Source of the DNA: Stramenopiles sp. TOSAG23-3
Taxonomy: Eukaryota
Length of the DNA stretch: 44,872 nucleotides
Direction of reading: 5' to 3'
Assembly: GCA_900128585.1 (NCBI GenBank)
Contig: LT642171.1
Location: forward strand, 1-44,872
Shown: positions 29,692 through 38,901 of the stretch, one piece after another
Position numbering within the stretch: position 1 is the first letter of the stretch
Layout of the letters: every line of letters starts with the position of its first letter
The notes under the pieces: generated by a model
Told to the model about the DNA's origin: nothing
Database searches by the model: none
The model's input: only the letters and a program-made list of their open reading frames with translations
Program-made: the position numbers and the translations under genes

Positions 29692-32600
29692 ATGCATATC
29701 AAGCGATTGATCATCCGTGGTTTTAAGTCTTATAGTGACCAACTAGAGGTCAACGATTTTAGTGAGCACCACAACGTAGTCGTTGGGCGCAATGGTAGCG
29801 GGAAGAGTAACTTCTTTCAAGCCATATGCTTCGTCCTTTGCGATGATCACTTTGAAAATTTGCGGAAAGAAGAGCGCGTTGAGCTACTGCACGAAGGGAC
29901 TGGCCAACGGGCTCTCTCCGCTTTTGTAGAAATCGTGTTCGATAACTCGGACAAGCGGCTCCCTTATGACACCGACACGGTCAGTCTGCGGCGGCAAATT
30001 GGTTTGCAACGAGACGAGTTCTTCGTCAACGGGAAGCACCTGTCGAGGGCGGACGTAATTAACATGCTGGAAAGTGCTGGGTTTTCGCGATCAAACCCGT
30101 ACTACATTGTCAAGCAAGGGAAAATAAATGCACTGGCGCTGATGAGCAACCGTCAACGCCTAGAACTGCTGAAGGAAGTCGCCGGTACCCGAGTCTACGA
30201 AGACAGGAGGAGCCAAAGTTGGAAAATTTTTCAAAATGCCATAAAGAAGAGGCAGAACACCAACGAAATCAGCGTCTACATTGAGGAGCGCCTCGACGAG
30301 CTGGAGGAGGAAAAGAAGGAGCTTGGCGAGTACCAGGTCTTGGACAAAGGGCGCAGAGCGCTGGAGTACGTCCTTTATGACAAAGACCTGACGGACGCCA
30401 GAAGGCAAGTGGAAGTGCTGGACAGCGAGCGCGACGAAGAAAGCCTTGCGGCCAGCGAGGTCCACCAAACTGTGCGGGACACCCAGATGAAGATGACCGA
30501 GCTGCAGAGTGAGCTGGACAAAGTGCAAGACGAGGCTGTACTGATGGAAAGCGAAGCGGCGGAGCGAAAGTCGGCCCGGGCATCCATGCTTCAAAAGCGC
30601 GCGGAACTGCAGCTGGACTCGAACGAGCTCTCGGCAAAAGTACAAACAGAGTCGGCGAAGCAGAACACGCTGAAACAGGAAAGCATGTCTTTGGATCAGA
30701 GGATTGCCCAAGCGCGGGAAGACTTGAACGAGCGCGTCGGGCCCGCATTTGCGAAAGAAATGGCGAGGAAAACCAAGTTAGAAGGCGAGTTCGAAGGGTG
30801 CAAGAGCATTGTAGATAATTTACACGCCAAACAAGGGCGTGCCCTGCGCTTCACGACTGCGGACGAGAGGGATGTATTTCTGAAGGACCAGATCAAGGAC
30901 ATGTCAACGCACTTGAAGCACACGAAGACCACCATCACGAACCTTCAGGTGAACTTGGCAACGTTGAACAAGGGGATCCAGAACGCAGAGAATGACATGG
31001 GGAGCAAAAAGAGCGAGTTGGAGAAGCAGAAGGGGAGCATAGGGGCCATCAGTGTGGACATTGAAAAGCTTCGCGTGGGCCGAAACAATGCCATCGAGAC
31101 GCGTAAGATTTTGTGGAAAACAGAAGCGCAGATCGATGAGAGGAATGTCCATGCTAGAGAGGAGCTCGCGCGTTCGGAGCGGTCGTTGAAAGCGCTCATG
31201 CCACCTGGGGTAGCCGCGGCCCTCGAGTCCATAGAAGCCCTTATGAAAAGTGACCCAGACAACATCGGGAAACGCTGTTACGGGCCGCTGATGGGCCTGA
31301 TCGATCCCGTCAAGCCCGTCTACCGAAAGCCGATGGAGGTCGTTGCCGGTTCGGCACTGTTTCAGGTGATCGTTGACACAGACGACACGGCAGTCAAGAT
31401 CATGAAGCATTTGACGAAGGAAAGGGCCGGCCGGGTCACGTTCGTGCCACTCAACCGCATCAGCGACCGGAAGCTCTCGTTCCCGTCTGGCGATGATTTT
31501 GTCCCTTTGGTCGAAAAAATCGAGTTTCCTGAAGAAATTTACGGGGCAGTCGCGCAAGTGTTTGGGTCGACACTGATTTGCAGGGACATAGACACTGCGG
31601 CGTACCTATCGAATCAGCACAGGATGGACTGCGTTACGTTGGAAGGTGATCAGGTCCTTCGGCATGGAATTCTGCGCGGTGGGTACCACGACGCTCATCG
31701 ATCTCCAATGGACTATACTGCGCGCATCGTGAACGCCAAAGAAATGCTTGAAGAAGGCGAACAGGCCGCAAAGAAAGTTAAGGAAGACGTTCGAAAAGCC
31801 GACGTTGCCGTGAACACCAAGTTTCAAGAGATGCAGAATTTAGACATGAAGCGGGCACGGTCGAGAAAGGCCCTGGCCGTCCTTGCCCACGCACTGGAAC
31901 CGCTCCAACGTCATCATACCAATTTAAAAGAGCAGTGCGCGGAAAAAGAAGAGCGGCTGGCCATTCACATTGCGGACCAGAGGACCAACGAGGCAAAAAT
32001 TTCTGCGCTGAACGCAGAGTTAGGAACCCCACTCACCGAAGATCTGGACCAGGAGGAGAAGAATCTCCTGAAAGAGAAGAAAGAGAAAATGGCACGCCTT
32101 CAAACGGAAATGGACAGCCACCGGGAAGTTGTATATAAAGTTCGCTCCCAAAAAGCGGCCCTGGAAGCCCTGCTCTCTTCCAACCTCTTGTTCCGGCGTG
32201 CCCAGGTGACGTCCTCGTTGGCGACAGACGGAAAGGAGCAGTACGAAGAGCGACTTTTGAAAGTGAAAGACGAGCTGAACCAATTGATCGAACACGTCGT
32301 TGAACTTGAGACTCGTCTGGAAACGCTGGGGAAAGAAGTTGCGAAGAGAAAGTTGCGCGCAGACAAAATTCGAAGCGAATTGGATGACTTGTCGGAAACG
32401 TTCGAAACGGAGCAGGACACTCTGGACACGGCGCAGAAGAAGGTCGAAAAGATGTTGAACAAACGGAACCTAGCGTTGCAGAAACGAGACAATGCAATTA
32501 AAATGATTCGAGACCTAGGCTCTTTGCCGAGCGAAGAGATCGAAAAATACAAGGTCCTGCCTATTAGCAAGATTCGAACGTTGCTTGAAGAAACGAACGA

Positions 32601-33489
32601 AAACTTGAAGAAGTACAACCATGTCAACAAGAAGGCCCTCGACCAGTATGTAAATTTCAACGAAACGCGGGGGCAGCTAGTAAAACGCAAAGAAGAGATT
32701 GACAGATCAGAAGAATCCATCAAGCGTTTGATTCGCCACCTTGATCGACAGAAAGATGAAGCGATCATGCGGACGTTCAACGGTGTTAAAGAGCACTTTG
32801 CGGAAGTTTTCCGCGAGCTTGTTCCGTCTGGAAAAGGGGCGCTGATTTTGGAACGCCGTGATCAAGATGCAGGCGGAGAGCAGGGGGCCGACGATGATGG
32901 CAGTGACAGTGACGACGATGTGGACGCTAGCCAAGGCGAGAACGACGCGCCGACGGTAAAATCTTTCGTAGGCGTTGGAGTAAAAGTTTCGTTCGGTGGG
33001 GAACTTGAGTCGACAATGACGAGTTCCCTATCTGGCGGGCAAAAAGCACTCGTTGCCCTTGCGCTGATCTTTGCAATCCAGCGCTGTGACCCTGCCCCTT
33101 TCTATTTGTTCGATGAAATTGACCAGGCGCTGGATGGCACCCATCGTTCGGCCGTTGCGTCTTTGATCCACCGTCAAAGCCATTCAAAAGATCGCCCTGC
33201 CCAATTTATTTGCAGCACTTTTAGCCCAGAACTTGTCGAAGTTGCAGACACCCACTTCGGTGTAGCTCACCAGCACAAAATAAGTGCCGTAAAATCGTTC
33301 AGCCACGAAGACGCAATGACGTTTATTCAAGAAATTCAGAAGGACACTGAGGCACCGTTGCACCACGCATCTGGAAGAGCGTCGTCGTACGGTGGCAGTG
33401 ACGCGGCAAGCGTCAGCAGTAACAGCAGCAGCAGGCGAGGGAAGCGGTCTCGTTCGAGCATGCTTAGCGAAAAGGAAGATAGTCCGTGA
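29692..33489 (+). CDS. SMC3: Structural maintenance of chromosomes protein 3 (cohesin subunit)
   Basis: MHIKRLII.GFKSY, Walker A GRNGSGKSN, LESAGFSRSNPYYIVKQGKI, hinge GRVTFVPLNR, LSGGQK signature and IQRCDPAPFYLFDEIDQALD. Confidence 0.98.
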   Translation: MHIKRLIIRGFKSYSDQLEVNDFSEHHNVVVGRNGSGKSNFFQAICFVLCDDHFENLRKEERVELLHEGTGQRALSAFVEIVFDNSDKRLPYDTDTVSLRRQIGLQRDEFFVNGKHLSRADVINMLESAGFSRSNPYYIVKQGKINALALMSNRQRLELLKEVAGTRVYEDRRSQSWKIFQNAIKKRQNTNEISVYIEERLDELEEEKKELGEYQVLDKGRRALEYVLYDKDLTDARRQVEVLDSERDEESLAASEVHQTVRDTQMKMTELQSELDKVQDEAVLMESEAAERKSARASMLQKRAELQLDSNELSAKVQTESAKQNTLKQESMSLDQRIAQAREDLNERVGPAFAKEMARKTKLEGEFEGCKSIVDNLHAKQGRALRFTTADERDVFLKDQIKDMSTHLKHTKTTITNLQVNLATLNKGIQNAENDMGSKKSELEKQKGSIGAISVDIEKLRVGRNNAIETRKILWKTEAQIDERNVHAREELARSERSLKALMPPGVAAALESIEALMKSDPDNIGKRCYGPLMGLIDPVKPVYRKPMEVVAGSALFQVIVDTDDTAVKIMKHLTKERAGRVTFVPLNRISDRKLSFPSGDDFVPLVEKIEFPEEIYGAVAQVFGSTLICRDIDTAAYLSNQHRMDCVTLEGDQVLRHGILRGGYHDAHRSPMDYTARIVNAKEMLEEGEQAAKKVKEDVRKADVAVNTKFQEMQNLDMKRARSRKALAVLAHALEPLQRHHTNLKEQCAEKEERLAIHIADQRTNEAKISALNAELGTPLTEDLDQEEKNLLKEKKEKMARLQTEMDSHREVVYKVRSQKAALEALLSSNLLFRRAQVTSSLATDGKEQYEERLLKVKDELNQLIEHVVELETRLETLGKEVAKRKLRADKIRSELDDLSETFETEQDTLDTAQKKVEKMLNKRNLALQKRDNAIKMIRDLGSLPSEEIEKYKVLPISKIRTLLEETNENLKKYNHVNKKALDQYVNFNETRGQLVKRKEEIDRSEESIKRLIRHLDRQKDEAIMRTFNGVKEHFAEVFRELVPSGKGALILERRDQDAGGEQGADDDGSDSDDDVDASQGENDAPTVKSFVGVGVKVSFGGELESTMTSSLSGGQKALVALALIFAIQRCDPAPFYLFDEIDQALDGTHRSAVASLIHRQSHSKDRPAQFICSTFSPELVEVADTHFGVAHQHKISAVKSFSHEDAMTFIQEIQKDTEAPLHHASGRASSYGGSDAASVSSNSSSRRGKRSRSSMLSEKEDSP

Positions 33490-33538
33490 AGAAGAAGAAG
33501 ACACACTCGCGGGGTGCGCTTTTAGGAGGTGATTAGGG

Positions 33539-33596
33539 CGCCTGTATTTAAAAAAACAAATTATATAGTGTATGCTTTAAGACTCGCCTGTATTTA
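33539..33596 (+). repeat. Dispersed 3' element copy bracketed by a 12-bp direct repeat
   Basis: cgcctgtattta [aaaaaacaaattatatagtgtatgctttaagact] cgcctgtattta. Confidence 0.8.
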
Positions 33597-33779
33597 CAAC
33601 CCCCCCCGATGAAAGGAACACACCGAAACACACGAAATGTGAAGATAACATATATCATGAACTTAATTAAGATAAATAGCAGCTATTGCGCCATTGCGCC
33701 TGTTCTTTTAGAACATCTCATGTAATGATAATTTTCTTGTTTTTTAGATTCTGTTTTCAAAATTATAAACTTTACATAT

Positions 33780-34883
33780 CTACTCAACCTCCTCACGCGC
33801 CTTCATATTTTTGATAGCGTCCGTCACTAGTTTCCATGATGATGGGAACATAAACGCGCCCAAATGCGAAGTACCAAACGGGTAATGTACCACGGAGTTT
33901 CCGTACTTCTTCAGGTGCCGCACATATTCTTCTCCTTCATCGGAAAGAACATCACCCCTTGCCGTGACCACTATCGCGGGGGACAAGTTGCCCTCCTCCA
34001 ACTTACTGTCGGGCGAGATGGCGTATTGCAACGGGGAGCAAAGAGAGTTGGTGTAGCAAAGTGTACGGTTTGTTCCGTACATGGTCCAATACCACATCAT
34101 CGCCTGAGCGGTAAGGCCGAGCGAGTTGGCATTTTGTACGTAAGACTTCGTGTTGCCTCCGAACAAAAGCATGGGGACCAAAGCAACGTGGCCTTTCAAA
34201 GGTATGCCCTGGTCTTTTGCGATCAGAGCAATGGCAACGGCCAATCCCCCGCCTGCACTTGCGCCACCAACAATAATGTCGCCATATCGAAACTCTTCCA
34301 TTTGTTTAGGCTTTGCAAACCACTTCAGGGCTGCAGTGCAGTCATTCAATCCTTTTGGAAATTTGTGCTCTGGAGCTAACCTGTACCCGACACTCCCGAC
34401 GATAAATTCATCCTCAGCTGTTAACAGATCTGCAAATTGGCTAATAAGCCCATCTTTTCTATGGCCGACTACCATACCACCGTAGTGAAACCACAGCAGA
34501 AGCGTTCGTTTCTTTGGTGGGGGGCGAGGGCTTGCTAGCTGATATAGGGTAACGGGTACGTCCACTTCCGATGTGTCTGAACGGGGCACTATAGTATCGA
34601 ACGCTTTGAGAGACTGGGGAGTCGGAATGTATTGAGTAGCCCCAAGGACCGCTCGCATCCTGCCGAGAGCTTCGCGTTCGCAAACTGTCGAGGCGTCCGA
34701 AGATAACTTTGAGCATTTCCAAGGTGGACGAATAATTACATCCTCAAAAACCGAAAAACTCATTTCTGCAATATTGTTTACTATTGAAATGTTGTACTGG
34801 TAATTCTTTGAAAACCATATAGCGAACGCTACGACGAAGATCCCCCGGACAAAAAAGTGTGGTGGTGGGGGCGGCGGAGGCAT
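33780..34883 (-). CDS. Alpha/beta hydrolase fold-3 (HSL/GDXG family) esterase/lipase with an N-terminal TM/signal anchor
   Basis: WFHYGG (HGGG variant), YRLAPEHKFP, GASAGG nucleophile, GDVLSDEG acid and C-terminal His (TSH). First ATG at 34883. Confidence 0.92.
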   Translation of the reverse strand: MPPPPPPPHFFVRGIFVVAFAIWFSKNYQYNISIVNNIAEMSFSVFEDVIIRPPWKCSKLSSDASTVCEREALGRMRAVLGATQYIPTPQSLKAFDTIVPRSDTSEVDVPVTLYQLASPRPPPKKRTLLLWFHYGGMVVGHRKDGLISQFADLLTAEDEFIVGSVGYRLAPEHKFPKGLNDCTAALKWFAKPKQMEEFRYGDIIVGGASAGGGLAVAIALIAKDQGIPLKGHVALVPMLLFGGNTKSYVQNANSLGLTAQAMMWYWTMYGTNRTLCYTNSLCSPLQYAISPDSKLEEGNLSPAIVVTARGDVLSDEGEEYVRHLKKYGNSVVHYPFGTSHLGAFMFPSSWKLVTDAIKNMKAREEVE

Positions 34884-35119
34884 CGCCGTCGTCTTGGTCA
34901 ACACAAGATTCCAACTGGTATATTATGATGCGTAAATAAATACCTTATCTCTGTATCAGATGAAGATATTCAATTACGTTCTATTCTTCATCAAAAAACA
35001 CTCTAGCTAAACTAGCAATTCTAAGTTCTAAATGCTAGTCGTACAATACGTAACCCCGTACGTACTCCAACATTTTTCAAATTCAATAATTCGAAATGGT
35101 GGCCGTATCTTCTATTTAT

Positions 35120-35240
35120 CTTCTTCTTCTAGACGACGACCAACAACTCTTCTCTCCTCTTCTCTCTCTTTTCTTCTTCTTCTTCTTCTTCTTCTTCTTC
35201 TCTCTTTTTTTTTCCGTCTTCTTCGTTCTTCTTCTTCGTT
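35120..35240. repeat. (TTC)n/(TC)n tract
   Basis: Pyrimidine run upstream of the minus-strand lipase gene. Confidence 0.9.
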
Positions 35241-36419
35241 ATATCTCCATCGATCATCCATAAAATCTTCTCTTATACGTAATATAATAATACCATTACA
35301 GTAAACTTAAATAAATAAAAAATATGAAAACACCGAGATACAGTATAGTAGCATTGAAATTCAGTAGTTCAGATTAAGTTTAAGTTAGGGTTTACTTTTC
35401 AGTATTATTCATTCATTCAGAGGAAGATTCAGGGCCATAAGAAAATCACCGTAAGTAATTGGATTTCCCTTACCTATTCAATGTATTGATAATACTATTT
35501 CAATATTAATTATAAATTTTTAGAAAACAAGTTGTCCATTCCAACAATCGTTAAATTTCAGTAAATAACAGGTACACACGATATAAATACCTCCTTGCCG
35601 TTCTACGAAACTTCTTTGCAAATTCCAGGAACTCTCAAAGAACAGAATTTTGCATATAGGAATATTATGTACTTAATTTGTATTCTAATAGGTCTATCAA
35701 ATGAAATTGGTCTAACTTCTCCATCGGAACGATCTTTTTTGTTTGATGCTATTTCTATATTAAATAGCAGCACGGATGCATTCCCTTTCATTTCGATACT
35801 ATTTCTATGGCAAACCTTCAAGGTTTTCTTGAAAGCAATGGTATTGCTATGTACTTCAATCCCTCCTTCAACGATAACTAAAGGGTATTCTATGCTCTGT
35901 AGCTGTAACAAAAAGATGAACTGAAAGGAATAGTTCTTCTATTGTACTTGTAACATGTTTTATAATACACATAATTAAATAGGCAATATTTAAATTTAAT
36001 TAATTTCTATAAATTTAGCTTATTCCATACAAACTAACATCCTTTATACTTTAAACTTTTAATTATATAATACGTATATTTATAGTTAATAAAATAATAT
36101 ACCTATAATCTATATCTTCTTAACTTCGTTTTTTTTAAAGAATATATCACGCACATTTCCTCTTCTATGTCCCTGTTAAAATAAATTGAGTTCTGTTGTA
36201 TAACGCACAGAAATTATGATTTATTATGTAGTCTAAATATTTATTTATTCTATCAATAATTATACTTTAAATTATTAATTTATTTAAAATACAAATATCA
36301 TATCACCAGAACTGACTAATAATAACTAAACACAAAAGAAGCAAATGCCAAAAGAAACAAAATGTTATACAATTAACAGGAACATAACATAGAAGAATTA
36401 TTAAATTGGATTTGAGATG

Positions 36420-36500
36420 TAAGAAAGAAGAAGAAGAAGAAGAAGAAGAAGAAAGAAAGAAAGAAAGAAAGAAAGAAGAAGAAGAAGAGTAGTAGTAGTA
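36420..36500. repeat. (GAA)n/(GAAA)n tract followed by (GTA)n
   Basis: Purine run about 300 bp upstream of ATG 36801. Confidence 0.93.
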
Positions 36501-36800
36501 CCGAGGAAATAATAAGTAGTCGTCGAACTAACACTTTTCATTAAGTAGTCACCGTAGTTGTATTTGTGATGAAGAAGTGGAAGAGTAAACACGGAATGCG
36601 AGAAGAATATTTTTGAAAGACTCAAATTGTATCAAACATTTCAATTCAAACGTGCTCTTTTCTCATAGTGGAAGTGTCAGTCAGTTCAAGAGTAGCCTTG
36701 TTTTGACACCCCAACCATCCGACCTTTTTTTAGAACCCAACCACATTAGCCTAGGTGCACCGACGTTTTGAATAGTTAGCTTGTCCCTTTTTTTATTATT

Positions 36801-38135
36801 ATGAGTTCACTGATCACAGACAACGAAGATTACAATGAAATTTCTGAAGAATCGCTAAGCCCGCCGCCGGAAGGCATGGTCCGTGGTAGCTCTATTCCGC
36901 AGGGTGCGACTCCCACTTTCATAGACTTTGGGGAGACCCCCAGGAGAGGCATGCCGCTCGGTAGTGAAGTCAGTGGCGGGCTCATGTCCGCGGAACAACC
37001 CGTAATGCGTTCGATCCAAGCAGCGAGCTTTGGAGGGCTGCCAGACACCCTTCAGAGCCTAGAGAAAGGCATAGCAAACATGAGTGCCACAGTAATGCAC
37101 CCAGGAGCCCACAGTTTTGACCCGTTGGCCGCCGGCGCAGGCTTCGACCTAATGGCCGAGCGGGGGGCGACCCAGCTGAAACCCGACGGAAAAAATAGTC
37201 TCTCCACCAACAGCGGTTCCCCCGGTTTTCTAGCATTTTGGAAATTTTCGTCGGCACCAACCCTTCCATCGTTCGACGAGTACAACGAGGACCACTTCCA
37301 GTACGGTGAGTCACCAGAACGGCTACAACGTGCGTTCGAACAGATCCTGGTGGACCTAGAGTTCGACTTTGTGTTCGACGCAAACCGCTTCGAATATGAA
37401 CTCACCAGCTACCCAGGCGACAACGAAGTGATCGTTCTGGTCAGCGTGTACCGGGACATGACGTGCGGACACGTCGTCTCGTTCAGCCGACTTAATGGCA
37501 GGAGGCACTACCGCCAAGAACTTGCCAAAGTCTGGAACGCTCTTCACGAACAAGGATTCGTCGCGGAACCGATGGTCAGCGAGAAACCCTTCAACGGGTT
37601 CCTGCCCGACATGGAACCCAGGGAGCCCGAGACCGTATCCAAAGAGACGATCAAGCCGGTCTTGAAGATGGTACAGTCGAAAATGTTGGACGTCCGCTGC
37701 ACGGGTGCCCAAATGATCGCCTCCGCTCTCAAGAACCCAGCGACCACCGTAGCCTTGAAAGAGTCTGGCGCGGTCGGCTGCCTGTTTTCGGTCTTGAAGT
37801 CATCCGGGGACGACCGAGTGGACCAGCTCGTCACTGCAGCGTTGCGGAATGCCACCGTCGCGCTCCACGAGGACATCAGGAACGAATACCAGGGCATCAA
37901 GTACCTGGTCGAAAAGCTGGAATCGTGCAGTGCCGCAAAAAGGCCTGAAGCGCTGAAGACGGAGACGGGAAGAAACTGCGCAAAGATTTTGATTGAACTG
38001 GCGGGGCGCTACGGCACTGAGATCAAGCAGGCGAATGGCCGCGCGGTCGCCACCGGCATTGCCGCCGACCCGAATGCCAGCCCCGTTTTGGTCACCAAGG
38101 CGAAGGACTTGCTCCAAGCTTTATCCTCCCGATAG
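36801..38135 (+). CDS. Hypothetical protein with a KA1-like domain and C-terminal ARM repeats
   Basis: 444-aa ORF. Segment FEYEL...VIVLVSVYR...HVVSFSRLNG resembles the KA1 fold, and the C-terminal helices look ARM-like (ESGAVGCLFSVL, VTAALRN). Confidence 0.7.
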   Translation: MSSLITDNEDYNEISEESLSPPPEGMVRGSSIPQGATPTFIDFGETPRRGMPLGSEVSGGLMSAEQPVMRSIQAASFGGLPDTLQSLEKGIANMSATVMHPGAHSFDPLAAGAGFDLMAERGATQLKPDGKNSLSTNSGSPGFLAFWKFSSAPTLPSFDEYNEDHFQYGESPERLQRAFEQILVDLEFDFVFDANRFEYELTSYPGDNEVIVLVSVYRDMTCGHVVSFSRLNGRRHYRQELAKVWNALHEQGFVAEPMVSEKPFNGFLPDMEPREPETVSKETIKPVLKMVQSKMLDVRCTGAQMIASALKNPATTVALKESGAVGCLFSVLKSSGDDRVDQLVTAALRNATVALHEDIRNEYQGIKYLVEKLESCSAAKRPEALKTETGRNCAKILIELAGRYGTEIKQANGRAVATGIAADPNASPVLVTKAKDLLQALSSR

Positions 38136-38732
38136 TGGAGGCGGCGGAACGCCTGCGCGCCGTGCTATGCTATGGCGCGCGCCCCATATTTACACAACAT
38201 GCTGAAGGTCGTTGTGCCCTCATTTTTTCGTTATCGGTAGCACATACCCCATGTACATAATCACTTTTGACCGGGCCTTTTCAGTTTTTTTTCTTCAATA
38301 GATAGTTTTAGGACATAGACTTAGGAATAAAAATAGTTTTGAACAGAGAAAAGAACTTAGACGGACGGACGAGACACCCCCAACAATTAGCGAGTGCTGC
38401 ACTTACGATAGAACACACAATTACGAATTGACCGAACAACACAACGCGACCTCAAGTAACACAAAAGGTAAAAGCAACAGTACATATAAATTACCAGGAC
38501 ATCACTTGGTAGTAAAATAGTTTATGGAAGAAAGTGCGGAAAAAAGATAAAGAAGATTTTTTCCCTCTTTTTTGTACACGCGCAACGCACACACACATAT
38601 TATATCATCGTATACACAATCTAAGAGAGTAAGAAGGCTTTGTGGGAGATAATGAAGAGATATTTTACGAATAATATACTTATAATAATTTACGAATCGT
38701 ACACATTGTTTATACTTGTATCATATCATAAA

Positions 38733-38791
38733 AGGGTTGGATTTGAAGTTAGTATTTGATTTAAAATGAGAGTCTTCTTAAAACATACTAT
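38733..38791 (-). repeat. Dispersed 3'-flanking element, copy B
   Basis: Reverse complement matches 16013..16067 except for a 3-nt and a 1-nt insertion. Confidence 0.9.
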
Positions 38792-38901
38792 CTATCATAT
38801 TTTGGTTTCATAAAAAACTAATGATATCTAACATATTTAAAATTACAACTGTGTTGTAAAATTCAAGAGAGGTCAGTCCTGCTGAGAATGAATAAAGACT
38901 T

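Noticed and set aside
5613-33489. CenH3 and SMC3 in the same window as a chromosome-segregation cluster
   Set aside because: They are about 24 kb apart with many unrelated genes between them, and nothing suggests linkage.
35375-35395. ttaggg telomere-like word
   Set aside because: It is a single unit with no tandem array.
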